NCBI GenBank assembly: GCA_965649765.1
Contig: OZ287758.1
Location: 18,104,001 to 18,168,000, forward strand
Direction: 5' to 3'
DNA: 64,000 nt
Source of the DNA: Bispira polyomma
Taxonomy: Eukaryota
The notes under the pieces were generated by a model, which saw only the letters and a program-made list of their open reading frames with translations, made no database searches and was not told where the DNA came from. Position 1 is the first letter of the stretch; each line of letters starts with the position of its first letter. The position numbers and the translations under genes were made by a program. Positions 12,801 to 25,679 of the stretch are shown piece after piece.

Positions 12801-15800
12801 TATGTCAAAGGGACATTTTCAAAGAGAAAGACTCTAACCCACTAAATTTACGCAATATATAAAATAGATATCCTAAACAATATAGTGGCATGTAAAACTT
12901 AATTTTTACACCTTTGTAAATATGATTGCGAAGCTAATTATTTGTCGTAACCACTCTTCTTTCATTTCAAACTTGCATTGTGACGCCACAATAGACAGAA
13001 GGTTTTCAAACGTAAACAATGTTTACTTCTTTAGGGCTTTTGAATGATACAGTGTATAATAAAAGTAAAACCTTACTTGTGGCAAAATGCTTTGTCTTCT
13101 TTCATTTAATTTAATCATACAGACCACTTGTGTAGTTTTACTATTATATTCCATTTCTATATGGGTTTTTTAGTGACATAAATAAATGTACACTGTTTGA
13201 AAATAGAGGACACTTTTTCAATGGCAAACTTTCCCAGGTATAATCTAAGATTGTTTAAATGATGGTTAGCATGATTGAGCTTCGATTGTAGTCCTTTTTT
13301 TTTGTCCTATACATGTCTGAATTGTTTGTGGGTGGTTATTAAGCGTCCCGTAAGGGCGCTTGTTTGTATATAGGAGGTAAATTTACGCATTTTCGGTCGT
13401 ATGACTTATTTGATTGGTTGAAATGTAATGACACTATATTGACAAGTTGCCCAAGGTCTACTGGATACATGTGCCAAATTTGAAGAGAATCCATCCAGTG
13501 GTTGCTGAGTTACAGCCAATTGAAAATGCGTGACTAAAAAAATTTCCCTTGTTTTGTATACAGGAGACAATTCACGCGGAAGGGGCCACCGGCTCCCGCC
13601 TTTTCTATTGGCTATAGCTCAGCAACCACCGGGCGGATTCTCTTCAAATATGGCACATGTATGCAGGAGCCCTGGGAAAAAATTTTGAATATAGTGTCAT
13701 CACATTTCGACCAATCAGAGAAGTCACATTACCCAAAACACATTTTTTAAAGGGGTGTGCTTGTCCGGATGATAACTTAAAAGGCGCTTTACCTATTCTC
13801 ACGAAATTTGAAAAGTAGGTTTCTTATATAGATGTCCGGAACTAGATAACTTTGATAAGTGATCCGATACAAAATAGCCGACTTATAAACGATTAATCAA
13901 ACGTTACGATTTTTCTCAACAAAGGAAACAAAAAATCCTTAATATCTTGGAAACGGTGAGAGATAGAGTGATTTCGGCTGAATTTTCGGCCCACAGGGTA
14001 TCAAAATTAGTTTAAAATGTTAAAATTTTCAAAATTTTGCAAAAGTCCTCAATCTCAACAAAGGAAACAAAAAATCCTTAATATCTCGGAAATGGTGAGA
14101 GATAGAGTGATTTCGGCTGAATTTTCGGCCCACAGGGTATCGAAATTTGTTTAAAATGTTAAAAATTTTCAAAATTTTGCAAAAGTCCTCAAACTCAACA
14201 AAGGAAACGAAAAATCCTTAATATTACGGAAACGGTGAGTAATTTTGGCTAAATTTTGGGCCCACAGGGTATCAACATTTGTTTAAAATGTTAAAATTTT
14301 CAAAATTTTGCAAAAGTCCTCAATCTCAACAAAGGAAATGAAAAATCCTTAATATCTCGGAAACGGTGCGAGATCGAGTGATTTCGACTGAATTTTGGGC
14401 CCATAGGGTCTAATGGTTTTTAAAAAATGTTGAAATTTTCAAAAAAGTTAAAATTTTTTAAAAACTTGAAATTTTCAAAAAAGTCAATTTTTTTTTGGGG
14501 GGGGGGGAGGGGGGGGGGGAATATTTGTTTTTCTCTCCCCTTTTTTGGCCACCAACTTGAATTTATGCTTTTATCTCAGAAATGGTATCAGATAGAGCAA
14601 TTTCGGCAGAATTTTGGGCTTGGAGGGTATATGCAGAAAATTGCTCAATGTCTTATTGGGATGCTTTGTTTTTGCTCTGCAAAAACAATTTCCTTTCATT
14701 TGCAAAGCAGTACTCTAGTTTTTCTTGTCTTTGTTTTTTTTATTTGTCTTTGTGTGGTCCAGAAGTGCTACAGATTTTAGCCATTGGTTTGTAATAATGT
14801 GTTAAATATCTGCCTTTATTAGAGCCTCATCCTGTTTTCTGAAGACAGTGTCTAAATATGATTCTGTTCTGTTTTACAAAGACAGTGTCTTAAACAACTA
14901 ACACTTCTATACATTGTTAAATTTGTGTTAACATTGTGAAAAAGTTAGTCTGGTCACTCTACTGAAGCATTTGATTGGATTTCCTTTTTTATTTTCGCAT
15001 ATTTGGTTGATTAACTGCCTTAATATAGTGGAACCTCTATTATCCAAACATGCTGAGAGAGCAAGATTTTTTTCAGATAAAAAAGGGAAGACATAAATTT
15101 GAGAGATTAGAAAGTAGTTCTTAAAATTGAAATTGGATAATATAAGTACTGATGATAGAGGTTCTACTGTAACTACAAAAGGAGAACTAATTGTATGGAC
15201 TGTCTTATAGAAGCCACCTTTCTATGAGTCACAGGGCCACAGTACAAGTATCAAGAACGGTTTTATTATTTCATTCAACAATGCTGTTAATGTACACAGA
15301 GTCAAAATACAATACAAATGTAGTATTTGAAACCCCCAAAATCTAGCCATTTAATTTGTAGTTGTAAGTGATGTATTATGAAACTTGTATGTCACCCTAT
15401 TGGACAAGTACACCTTGTTATTTCCAGCCAAACCAGACAAGAGTTCGAGTCCCTCAGGAGGGGTGATGTCTGCAGAGAAGGAGACGAGTATACGTAGTCT
15501 GGTGGAGGGACGGAGTGACCTGGAGCTGACGGGGAAGGAGCTCAAGGAAACACAGGTATGTACAGGTGTAAACAAAGCTTTATTGTACAGAAAAGAAGCT
15601 CACGGAAACACAAGTACAGGTGTAAACAAGAATTTAGTGTAAGTGGAAGGAGCTCACTGAAACACAGGTACTGGTAAACCACACAGGTGTGTACAGATAC
15701 ATCTCACATGTATTAACAAGCTTTAGTGTGCAGGGAAGGAGCTCACTGAGACACAGGTACACTTACACCACACAGGTGTAAACAAAGCTGCAGTATACAA

Positions 15801-18763
15801 TGTAATGACAAGAGGAAATCAGTGGTAAAATATTTGTTATGGTGTTTAATCATGTCTAGGTGTTTTTAGAGTTTATTAAGAATATAAAGTAAAGCAGTGT
15901 TGTGTTTTGTTGACAGATTGATGAACTGTGTGATTGTATCAAAACCAACGGTACAGTGCATTCTCTGACATTGAGGAATTCTGGTGTAGATGACGTGTCA
16001 GTGGGCAAGCTGTCCCGGGTGCTAGTGGACACGGCCCCCTCTACTGACCTCAGATTGCTCAATGTTAATTGTAACAACATCACAGCAGCAGGGGTCCCAC
16101 CCATACTGTGTATAGTCACTGCAAAGACTGACATGAAGATACTACTGTAAGTATACACCCGAACAGCCGGTTTTGTGGACCAAGTTGTGGTATTCTGCTG
16201 ACTCATGTGAAACTTACTACAGCATATGTATTAAAGTTTGCATTAATTATTTTAGGTGTGTACTTCATGAAAAGATTTAACTGGGTAAGATGTTTAACGT
16301 TCATTCCAGTACAGATATGGGTGACATATCGTTCTATAAATATATTAGATTATTGCAGTTTAAAAAAATAGAAACAAAACATGCCGATGCTCATAAGGGT
16401 ACTCCAACGACTTGCAGTGTAGATCCGAAAATGGTTCCCTAATTCTAACCTTCAGGAACTATCACAGGTCACAAGCTTCAGCACTCTTCCTAATATTGTT
16501 GAGATCAAAGTAAAAGGTTATTTTGTGACTTGTCTTCAATGTTAACTTGATGAAAACAAACTTGTAGTAGAGACCACTCATAGGGTGACTACTGTAGTTG
16601 TGACCACTGTAGTAGAGACCACTCATAGGGTGACTACTGTAGTAGTGATCACTCAAGAGTGACTACTATAGTAGAGACCACTCATAGGGTGACTACCGAG
16701 TTTGGACCATTCTAAAACATCCCCATGATTTTTGCATTAAAATTGACCTGATAAGCCGACCATGTACTCATTAGACTTATATATACTGTATTCTATTTTA
16801 TTTAGTATGCATGGCAACCCTCTTGGTAACAGTGGAGTGGCAGAGTTAATCAGAGGTTTAGTCCAGACACACCAGTTCAGACAGTCAGATGAGGAGAGGC
16901 TGTCTAAGGAAGAGCTACAGGTTAGTGTGGGTATACAGTGTGTGTGCAGTAAATCTGCAAAGTCACTTATTTTAAGTAATGCTTAAAACATTCATTTGTT
17001 TGGTAATGCCAAAATGATACTGGTGTCAAGATACTGATATCCTGATACTTGTGTCCAGCTTCTGATGTCCAGCTACTGATACTAATGTCCAGATACTGGT
17101 ACTGGTGTCCAGCTACTGGTGTCCAGATACTGATGTCCAGCTACTGATACTGGTGTCCAGATACTGGTGTCCAGCTACTGATACTGGTGTCCAGATAGTA
17201 TCTGGTGTCCAGGTACTAGTGTCCAGATACTGGTAATGGTGTCCAGGTACTGGTGTCCAGATACTAATACTGGTGTCCAGTTACTGGTGTCCAGCTACTG
17301 ATACAGGTGTCCAGCTACTGATACTGGTGTCTAGATACTGATACTAGTGTGTACCGCTACTGATACTGGTGTCCCACTAGTGATACTGGTGTCCAGATAC
17401 TGATACTGGTGTCCAGCTAGTGATACTGGTGTCCAGATACTGGTGTCCAACTACTGATACGGGTGTCCAGCTAGTGATACTGGTGTCCAGATACTAGTGT
17501 CCAACTACTGGTACTGTTGTCCAGCTAGTGATACTGGTGTCCAGATACTGGTACTGGTGTGCAGATACTGGTGTGCAGCTACTGGTGTCCAGCTACCTTT
17601 CAAGATGAAAGTTTTAATATAAAAAGGGGGACAAGTTAGTGTTGTATGTTGTAGAGTATCCGTGCGACAGCCCAAGACTTGGTGTCTGATGTGATGAAGG
17701 AAGTGCTGCACACGTCTACTACATCTACAGACAGTCAGGCCTCACACACACAGGTGTCTGGGGGACTGCCACTCACACAGCTAGATATAGGTGGGTACAC
17801 ATATCACACTCACACAGCTAGATATAGGGGGTACACATATCACACTCACACAGCTAGATATAGGGGGGTACACATATCACACAGCTAGATAGAAGTAGGT
17901 ACACATATCACACAGCTAGATATAGGTGGGTACACATATCACACTCACAGCTAGATATAGGTGGGTACACATATCACACTCACAGCTAGATATAAGTGGG
18001 TACACGGCTAGATATAGGTGGGTACACACATCACACACTTAGATATAGGTGGGTAAACATATCACAGCTCACACAAAACCTTCAAAACAAAAATGGTCAT
18101 GGAATTTTTTAAACCTAGCCAAAATTTTATGCTGTGACTGCAGTAAAATGCAGTGATAGGAAATGTAGTCCATGTGACGTTCTAATAGATGTGGAAGTTA
18201 GAGCTGTAACTTGTAAGCGGTGATGGGAGGCCATACTGTCATATTTTCTTTGTACTAGACATCACAAAACCAAATATCACAAAAGTAAATGATTATTTGT
18301 ACCTAAAAAGTGAATTTTTCTACTGAAAACAAAGAATAAAACAATTCTTTTATCTTTCACAGGTGACTGTGGAATGACAGAAAAGGGAGCTACAAGTGTT
18401 GCAGATTTGATCAGTGCAAACACAAATATACGCACACTGGGACTGACAGGAAATAAGAATATTGGCATCACAGGCTGGCTGGCTATAGCTGATGCTCTAC
18501 GCAACAACACACACATTCTGTCCCTGTCCCTGGATTACAATGAGTTGGGGGATGCTGGGGCGGCCATCTTGGCTGAGGCTCTGAGAGAGAACAGCAGCAT
18601 TAAGGAACTTGATTTGGAGGGCAATAAGATTGGGGAGGAGGGTGCGAGTAGGCTACTGGAGATGTTAGAGGAGAACAAGACACTGCAGGATATCACCCTG
18701 TTCAGGGGAAACAACATCAGTGATGAGACGCTAGAGAAGATCAACAGAGCCCTCAAAAAGTGA
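852..18763 (+). CDS. RNI-like leucine-rich-repeat protein (LRRC73-like C-terminus) with long Ser/Asp/Glu-rich N-terminal region; 5'-partial, 14 exons: 852-1085, 5664-5813, 6404-6730, 7272-7495, 8865-8963, 9562-9712, 11590-11682, 12354-12384, 12719-12738, 15428-15555, 15917-16146, 16806-16920, 17655-17790, 18363-18763
   Basis: All exons have AG/GT boundaries and compatible phases, giving one open frame. C-terminal motifs LELTGKEL, LLMHGNPLG, LDIGDCGM, LSLDYNELGDAGA, LDLEGNKIG are RNI-type LRRs and recall human LRRC73 (from memory). Joining the low-complexity 5' exons to the LRR exons is inferred from phase only. Confidence 0.8.
1285..1740 (+). mobile_element. Old SINE-like element apparently interrupted by a second SINE (~1386-1565)
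   Basis: Core-like ...ctacccaagtgtat[insert]ccaggtgtatgaatgagtacc; the insert starts with an A-box-like sequence and ends in a (caaat)-type tail. Confidence 0.4.
4758..4866. mobile_element. Small palindromic MITE (PIF/Harbinger-like ends)
   Basis: gggcccatattc...gacttagccaggtcttaggcttaa is inverted to ttaagcctaagacctggctaagtc...gaatacaggccc. Confidence 0.7.
6481..6711 (+). repeat. Coding 21-bp repeat (ESPRQxx x11)
   Basis: gagtcaccaagacag... repeated in frame within exon 6404-6730. Confidence 0.9.
7478..8480 (+). repeat. 56-bp splice-donor-spanning minisatellite, ~18 copies
   Basis: gacaaacccactacagag|GTAAGctgtgagataacaggtacttata... Confidence 0.95.
8954..9386 (+). repeat. 36-bp donor-spanning minisatellite interrupted by a SINE
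   Basis: cattgatatg|GTCAGTacagtcctctaagttact, about 5 copies. Confidence 0.9.
8973..9224 (-). mobile_element. Same SINE family, 16-bp TSD
   Basis: Reverse complement of the 55653 copy; TSD tgatatggtcagtaca at 8957-8972 and 9225-9240. Confidence 0.92.
9958..10164. repeat. 29-bp near-perfect minisatellite x7
   Basis: catctcactctactgctgtagacttccag. Confidence 0.95.
11775..12117. mobile_element. TA-flanked MITE with GTGGG termini
   Basis: TA|GTGGGTAAATTG ... CAATTTACCCAC|TA. Confidence 0.7.
13336..14640 (+). mobile_element. HINE-like element carrying a ~140-bp satellite array (13915-14410)
   Basis: 5' hairpin aagcgtcccgtaagggcgctt after TTATT; ctcaacaaaggaaac units at 13915, 14054, 14194, 14325. 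Right end approximate. Confidence 0.6.
15026..15169. mobile_element. pogo-type MITE
   Basis: agtggaacctctattatc ... gatagaggttctactg|TA; same family as 57218-57386. Confidence 0.6.
15532..15790 (+). repeat. Degenerate donor-spanning repeat, 4 copies
   Basis: ggaaggagctcaaggaaacacag|GTA at ~15532, 15591, 15644, 15733. Confidence 0.8.
16564..16696. repeat. 30-bp minisatellite
   Basis: gtagtagagaccactcatagggtgactact, about 4 copies. Confidence 0.85.
17016..17597. repeat. 14/20-bp minisatellite
   Basis: (gatactggtgtccagctact) variants. Confidence 0.9.
17770..18074 (+). repeat. ~31-37 bp donor-spanning minisatellite
   Basis: cacacagctagatatag|GTGGGTacacatatcacact, about 9 copies. Confidence 0.92.
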
Positions 18764-18767
18764 GGAC

Positions 18768-18833
18768 CTGACTACCACAACTAGGCCACTGACCACCACA
18801 ACTAGGCCACTGACCACCACAACTAGGCCACTG
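18768..18833 (+). repeat. 21-bp repeat x3 immediately after the stop codon
   Basis: ctgaccaccacaactaggcca. Confidence 0.85.
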
Positions 18834-20214
18834 TGATAACGTGGCTCCATGTCTTTCTGTAAAATCAGATTCATTTTATAGTATTGCAAACAGAATGGCT
18901 TGAATTGACCCATTATATCCAGTTAAATAAAGAAGTGTATTTAACTAACACGAAGCAAAGCAGACATTATATTGCTTTGCTTTCACTGTATAATAATACT
19001 ATTAGCAATTCTGTGTTTTCTGTCCTATCTGTGATATTTGATGCACTGTTATATGTACATATGTTAAGCTTTTTACAGTTATTTTTAGATGTACTATTGT
19101 GGTTACTTCATGCTTTAAGATGGTACTGTTACAACTTTATCCCACATCCTTTTGACTTCGGACTGATTCCATGGCAAAAGTGTAGAACTACCAAATCAGT
19201 CCCCAGTACCACTTCATGTTAACCTACTTATAAAGGAGCTGGCTCCATGATTCTCTTGTTTATTATCTTAAGCCTTGTAGGATGTGGTGATGAGTGCTGC
19301 ACAATAGAATTTCCTGAACTGTTCACCATTTTATAATGTTCTTCAGTGTAGTAAAAATAATGTCAGGTCATAAGTCCACCAAACAGAATGTTTTGATATA
19401 CATATAAATTGTACTTCCATGGGCTAAGTAAGCAAATCGAATAGATTGCAAGAAGGGTACAAGGAAACATTGTTAGATTTAACTTGACTGATGGAAGACT
19501 TTCTAGAAATACTGTGGGATCGGTTTTCTAATGTTTTGTTGATTAGTGGTATGTTGTTGGTACATGGGAAGGGGTTGCTTTTAATTAATGAATAAAATCT
19601 CCTTTTTAAGATTTATTTTTCTTTTTGAAAACTTTCTACAGCTTTTTAATTAGAGGTACACATATTAAAATGCTACAACAAAGCACTGCTCTTGTGTGTG
19701 TTTGTTACACAATTATACAGGTTTGGCCATATACACTGTACATATGGTTCATGTACTAGTACAGGAGTCTTTATACTATTTTTAAGTACATTTTATATCC
19801 ACTCAAAGTTCTCACCCTAAGCTTGTTATTGTTTACAGATTTAAAAAAAATTTCAGCGTCTTATTTCTAAGTTTTAACTTTTTTTTAAGGTTTTATTCCT
19901 TGATAGTCTGTTGAAATGTTGAACTTTGTGAGAAGTTGGTAGCTGGTGTGTACAATTAAAAGAACAATGTTGCTAAAAATGATGAGCCAAGTGGCGTGTT
20001 GCATCAACAAACTATCCTACTGTATAATGTTAGTCAGATTAAATTGTATTTACTTGTATAACCAATCAAAAATTGTCTCTGCGTAATATTATACAATATT
20101 AATTGGTGTAGGAATATTGTTAAGAAGAAGCAGCAGTGTGCTCTGTTTCTGCTGCTTGATGTAATGTATAAATATCACTTACTAGACAAGCCTGCTATGT
20201 ACTGTCATATTATC

Positions 20215-20220
20215 AATAAA
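20215..20220 (+). terminator. Candidate polyadenylation signal of the LRR gene
   Basis: AATAAA about 1.45 kb after the stop, just before TE sequence begins. Another AATAAA lies at ~19591. Confidence 0.4.
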
Positions 20221-20564
20221 GGATGTCTAAACAGCCCACTCGCACTATCTTCTGATACTTTGTTTAGTCCTTATCAAGCAACCTTTGCTTACCAATTACA
20301 AGAATACTTTTTATCTCGGAGGGCAAAGCCCGCCGAGATCATGTAGGAGATGCATGTTTTTTTTTCTGTAGACAGCACTTTCTACCAGTTCCATCCATTA
20401 CGTTAAGTCAGTTTTTGGCAGTTACATGTGGTTGGTACTAAGGACGAGTCAGAAGCATTAATATATCTTTTTATTGCGATAAATACTCTTTGCCTTATCC
20501 TCACTAATGCTTTTAATTTAGTACACCTAAATATTCTACCATAAAAATCACATCAGTCTTTTTT

Positions 20565-22391
20565 GCATGATTATGCCAATGCTTATTGGCATAATCATGC
20601 TTTCCTGGAGACAGGGGGTGTATAGTGGAAAAAATTATGGTAACCATGGTTACATCATGGTTAAATCATGTAGACAGGGTAATCTCAGAAGTTACAAGGA
20701 TTTCAGCTTTCATATTTGGCATACATATTGGGTCTGTTTCAGCGACGATTCATTTGTAATTTGGTGTTAATACAGCTAGAAATAAGGGAGAAACAGTCAT
20801 TTTCTTTTTTCAGTTATCAGTGTTTTGATCAATAATATGCATTGTATGAGGACATTATTGTAATTGATTCCATTCATGTAGTAGCTAGTGCATGGACTCT
20901 AAATCTTTTGCCGCAAGTTCGATTCCGGGCAGGGGGAAATTTTTTTTAATTTTTCTTTTTTTATTTATTTTTTTTCTAACCTTTAACAAAGCTTTCATAA
21001 CGCTTTTTCATTTTTGCTTGTGTGTCTGGCAGATTCCCAATTCCGGGCAGGGGGAAACTTATTTTTAAAAAAATTTGCCCGCCTTATTTTTATTAAAATT
21101 TTTTCCAACCTTTAACAAATCTTTTATTACTTTATCTATTTTTACTTGTGTTTCTGGCAGAATGCCAGTAGACATACTCGATTTGTCTTAAAGCTGAGTA
21201 GAAGATTGTAGAAAAAACGTAAAGACGTATACTGTGGCTAATAGACACCTTGAATAAATCAATCTGGATAGAACTAGCATACTCAGGATTAGGGCCTATA
21301 ATTGACAAAAAAATATTAAAAAAAAAAAATCTTGCCCCCTGTTCGGATAGAACCATCAACTTTTGGATTACTGCCTGTAATTGGTGAAAATATTCCAAAT
21401 GTACTACAAACCAAGCTATAACTGCCACTGACTTTGATAATGTGGATAATGGTTCATGAAGTACATAAGTAACAAACTACAATGGAATGTTTCAAAGTGG
21501 CCAATTTCAGGTTCCTCTTATTTTATAAAACGACCACTTCATTTAACCTGTTCCTATACGAACTACACCTGATAAGTATAATATATATGTTCAATTGAGG
21601 TTTTGGTAGTACTGTGTCAAAATATGACCAAAATACATACAGTTGTGCTTAATTATGCAACAAATTGTGTCAAAATCATAGAAAAAGTGGCCAATTTCAG
21701 GTTTCTTACTCTATATTTACTTTGTAAAACTTGCACTCGAGAAACCTGCGAAATAATGTGACTAAAACATGGTTTCACGTGACTGTACACTAGCTAGAAC
21801 CTTCAAACAAAAAACGATTGCTAATATCTGTGATTTTGGCCCAATAATATGCAGTAAAATATGTCAACACATGAACTTGATTATTATTTGGATTATAACA
21901 ATTTGGCCCTTGTAAAAGTTTCTGGTTAGGGTTTTCACAGTCGTAGCATTTTCATACAGCGTGAGCGAAAGTAGAAGATACTAGACACTGTACCAGACAT
22001 TTGGTATCCAGACATTTCAATTTTCACAATGATTCGACCTGTTATGACGTTTGCAAAGATATAGTTTCTATTTATATACTGTCACCGCCGATATGTATTA
22101 TCACTCACTGAAGATGAAATCGATTTGACCGCTAACTAGTGGTTCACTAATTTTGGACCTTTTGCAAGCTATAACAGCTGAAAATATTAAAATTAGAAAA
22201 TAAATTGTTTAGTTATTTCGAGAGCCATACAAGAATCGTTTTTATCAAGTTTTAAAGCAAAAGTAGACAGTTCTCGAAATCCATTTTGACCGCTAACTAG
22301 GGACTGGCTCACTATTTTCAGACTCGTCAGTAACTGGCTTTGTACTAGTGGCATTATCATGATATGGCCGCCAGGCCATTTTCCTCTTGTT
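20565..22391 (+). mobile_element. Helentron-associated non-autonomous element (HINE-like) inserted in the DIRS left ITR
   Basis: 5' hairpin gcatgattatgccaat-gctt-attggcataatcatgc, 3' subTIR tggcattatcatg, stem-loop atggccgccaggccat, end ctcttgtt. Sits in a T-run; removing it restores the ITR. Confidence 0.75.
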
Positions 22392-25300
22392 TCTAAGACT
22401 ATTCTTGTGATTTGACTTAAATTATTCTCACTAACCTCACTGCGCATCTGCCGGAAGTCCCTTCAACTCTAGTCCTCAAGATCCCTTTCACAAAAAATTT
22501 GGTCGCCATTGTGTCAACACCTAGTTCAATCTACTTCTGTGGAGTTTTTGAAGGAAAGATGCTTTATTTTATAAGGCAGGATGTATTATGACGGAGGAAC
22601 TTTGCTTTCTACATTTTTTATTTAACATGGGCAGCGTTTTTGAGGGTTTACCACATCTTCCATTTCGTTAGCGATCTTCTGCTTTTATTGCCGATTTTTG
22701 GAACAGCACAGAGGGTCATCTTAGAAACTTGGCATCTGTGTGCTTGTTAAAAGCCTCCACAACGTTAGTGAGTTTGTAGCAGTGTCCAAACAGAGTGATG
22801 CCAAGATTAGGTCACCACCATTTTGGATCGATTTTCTAAAGTCGAGTTGGAAAATGTGTCGGGTGCTACTACTACTGTGCAGAGTGAGGATGCTGAAGTT
22901 TTTGGGAGGCAATACATCTGGTATATCTGAGATGTCATAGGACAGCATACATTAGTCCTGTGTATACAGATTTTTGCTTAAGTTCCAGTGATATCGCAAC
23001 AGTGATGTCCCAATTGTGATGCCCTAACAGTGATGTCTCAACAGTGATGTCTCAACAAACTCAGTACTGTGTGCTTGATAAAAGTCTCCACAGTATTTGG
23101 GTGATATATTATTTGCTTATAGTTCATTGTGAACGCTAGAAGCTCTTAATATGTCCTACAGATGATGATCCCAGAGCTACCTGGAGATGACTGATGTATT
23201 ATTTGCTTATTGTTCGTTGTGAACGCTGTAAGCTCTTAGTATGTCCTACAGCTGGTTGATCTCTGAGTTATTTCCCTGTCAGCTTTGTTACGAGCTCTGC
23301 TACAAGGATGGAAGGAGACCTGAGCAAAAGAGGGTGAATCGTCAGCACACAGGATTGGTATAGGGTTTTCTCTGACTAGGTTAACAGTCAGTTGGTTTTT
23401 CCCTGGAAACTGGAGGTGTACAGAGATGATGTTTCCAGAAAAAGCAGAAGTTCAGACTTTGAGGTTGATTCTTCTGACTACAGTTTTACCTTCATCTGAC
23501 TCATTCCAATTCTTCTACAGAGATTGGAACTTTATGGTGCCAGGGGATCCAATAACCAGCAATTTGCAAAAGTTTCAAGTTATTGCCAGGAAATTGAATG
23601 AAGTTTCACAGAGATTCTTTTATCTCGGGCACTTATCCTTGGATTGCTCAATCTTCAAGAGATGCAGTTTTGAAAGCTGCAGATCACCTTGTTTTTCACA
23701 GTTTCAAATCCAAGATATGTTACAGGTGTAGCCATGTTTTGCAGTCTTCTTAACAGAGATTTCTATAAAAATTGTCACGATAAAGCAACTAGTTTTCAGA
23801 AGTTTGTCAAATTCTTGAAAGGGCCATGTTTTTGACATAAGAACAGCTTACATGCAGTATTCTACCTTCTCACAGTCTTCCCAGCAGAGATCCTATTAAA
23901 GACTGTTAAGTATTGTCTTTGGTCATTTCAGCATTGCTTGAGAAGTAGTGACTGTTAACTGACGTGTGGTGCTTTCTCAGAGTTATACGTATGACAAGAT
24001 GGGCTCTTCATTTCAGCATGTAAACATGGCAGAGTTCGAAGACGTTTCCATATTTTCAATTTGTTTTTCACCATACAAGATACAAATGACGTCATCATGG
24101 CAAACAAAGCAGAATTCTTGTAGCAGTTTCTCGATGTTAAAGAGACAGAAATGGTGATACTTGACAAATATTGTGTATGGAAGCGGTGATTTGAGATCTG
24201 GGGAGAGTTCTTAGTGTTATGACGGATTATAAATGAAGAACGATTACTACTAGCGATGGCAGAAACCCTGTATTTTCTACGTCTTCTTTTGAGTTTGGAT
24301 ACTAATGGGGATGTTGGGAGAACGATTTTTTTTACTGACTACAGTAGCTTGTTAAATTCAGCACGAAGAGATATCTGAATTTTGCAGTTATTAGCTGTAA
24401 TAGGTATATTTGGGTGGTGTTAGACGTCTAGTACTGTCATATTCTATTTAATTTCACTGACATTAACAGATTCAGTGTGAGGAATATTCAGTGTATGAGC
24501 GATAATGGGTGGCGCTAAAGCTGACCTTTATATCCTTATTTTGTCCAATTTGCAGATATTCAAGAGTTCTATGAGGTGGAAGCAGTTCTCTCACGAAGTT
24601 ATTTGAATAATGAGATAACCGGATTATTGTTCACACTTGGGTACATGGGTGGCTTAAGGGCCGACTTTCATATCCTAATGAATTTGGAGTTGCAGAGATT
24701 CATTTTATCTTCATTTTTTAATCGTCGAATTCTTGGGAAGAGTTCTAAATCATATATTCCGACTATCAGATTTAGACTTCTCAAGTCAGATTTAGAGTGT
24801 TTTTACAAGATACAAGTACTGAATTACTCAGAATATTGTAATCTACAGGCTACATGGCTGGTGCTTGGCGCCGATTTTCATGTATTTATTTTTGTGATTC
24901 GTCCGACTGTCAAGTCTCCTACAAATAGGATCATATTTTTTTATGTCCATGGACTAGTTGTTGCTTATTTAGGTCAGAAATTGATGTGACATACTGAATC
25001 AAATTTCCAGACTGTCATCTCCTTTTGAAGCAGGATTTTTTGTGATTGTACAGTATATAAGTAGACTGTAGTTCAGAACACAACTCAATTTTTTCATGTC
25101 CTTAATAAGGGATCATGTTTAGTTTAAGGAATAGAGTATTTTGGAAAATTTACACATGGGAATCGGAAATGACCATTGCTGAGTACCATATTGCAATTGC
25201 AGATAGGTGGGTAACTGCTGCTTTGGACATGTTTGAATGTAATGAACTGAATTAGTGGGTTTCTGAGATTCCACATTCCACTAGTAATCATTCCAGCCGT

Positions 25301-25679
25301 TAAATTTGCTCTGGATGCTTCATTTGCTGGAGTTATTTTTTGGTGTCCTACCAGACCTGGAACATATTATTCAGATGGATCTGACAGAGTTCACATGGAC
25401 TATTTTATCTTCAAACATACAGTTATATGCTGATAAGCTGTTTATTTCTCTCATTTGTCTGTCCTCTTCCTGTGAGGTATAGAGGTGAAGATTTTTTAGT
25501 TGAAGAGATGATGCCATCTGAGTGACTATTTCTTTGCATGATGGCTACAGTTCAGTACTTTGCCCATTAGGTGGGTGTGAGATTGCTTCTCGATCAGGTT
25601 TTCATGCTCTACATGTCTAGTACTTTTGGTACTTGTATTGAGACATGCTCCAATTACCATGTCATGTCTTTGAGTAGAC

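Noticed and set aside
9958-17597. Minisatellites at 9958, 16564 and 17016 as junction arrays
   Set aside because: They do not overlap any supported exon boundary. They show that background minisatellite density is high, which is a caveat for the enrichment claim.
20870-20940. tRNA gene
   Set aside because: Only a B-box/T-arm-like piece inside a HINE; no full cloverleaf. The SINE heads are likewise not tRNA genes.
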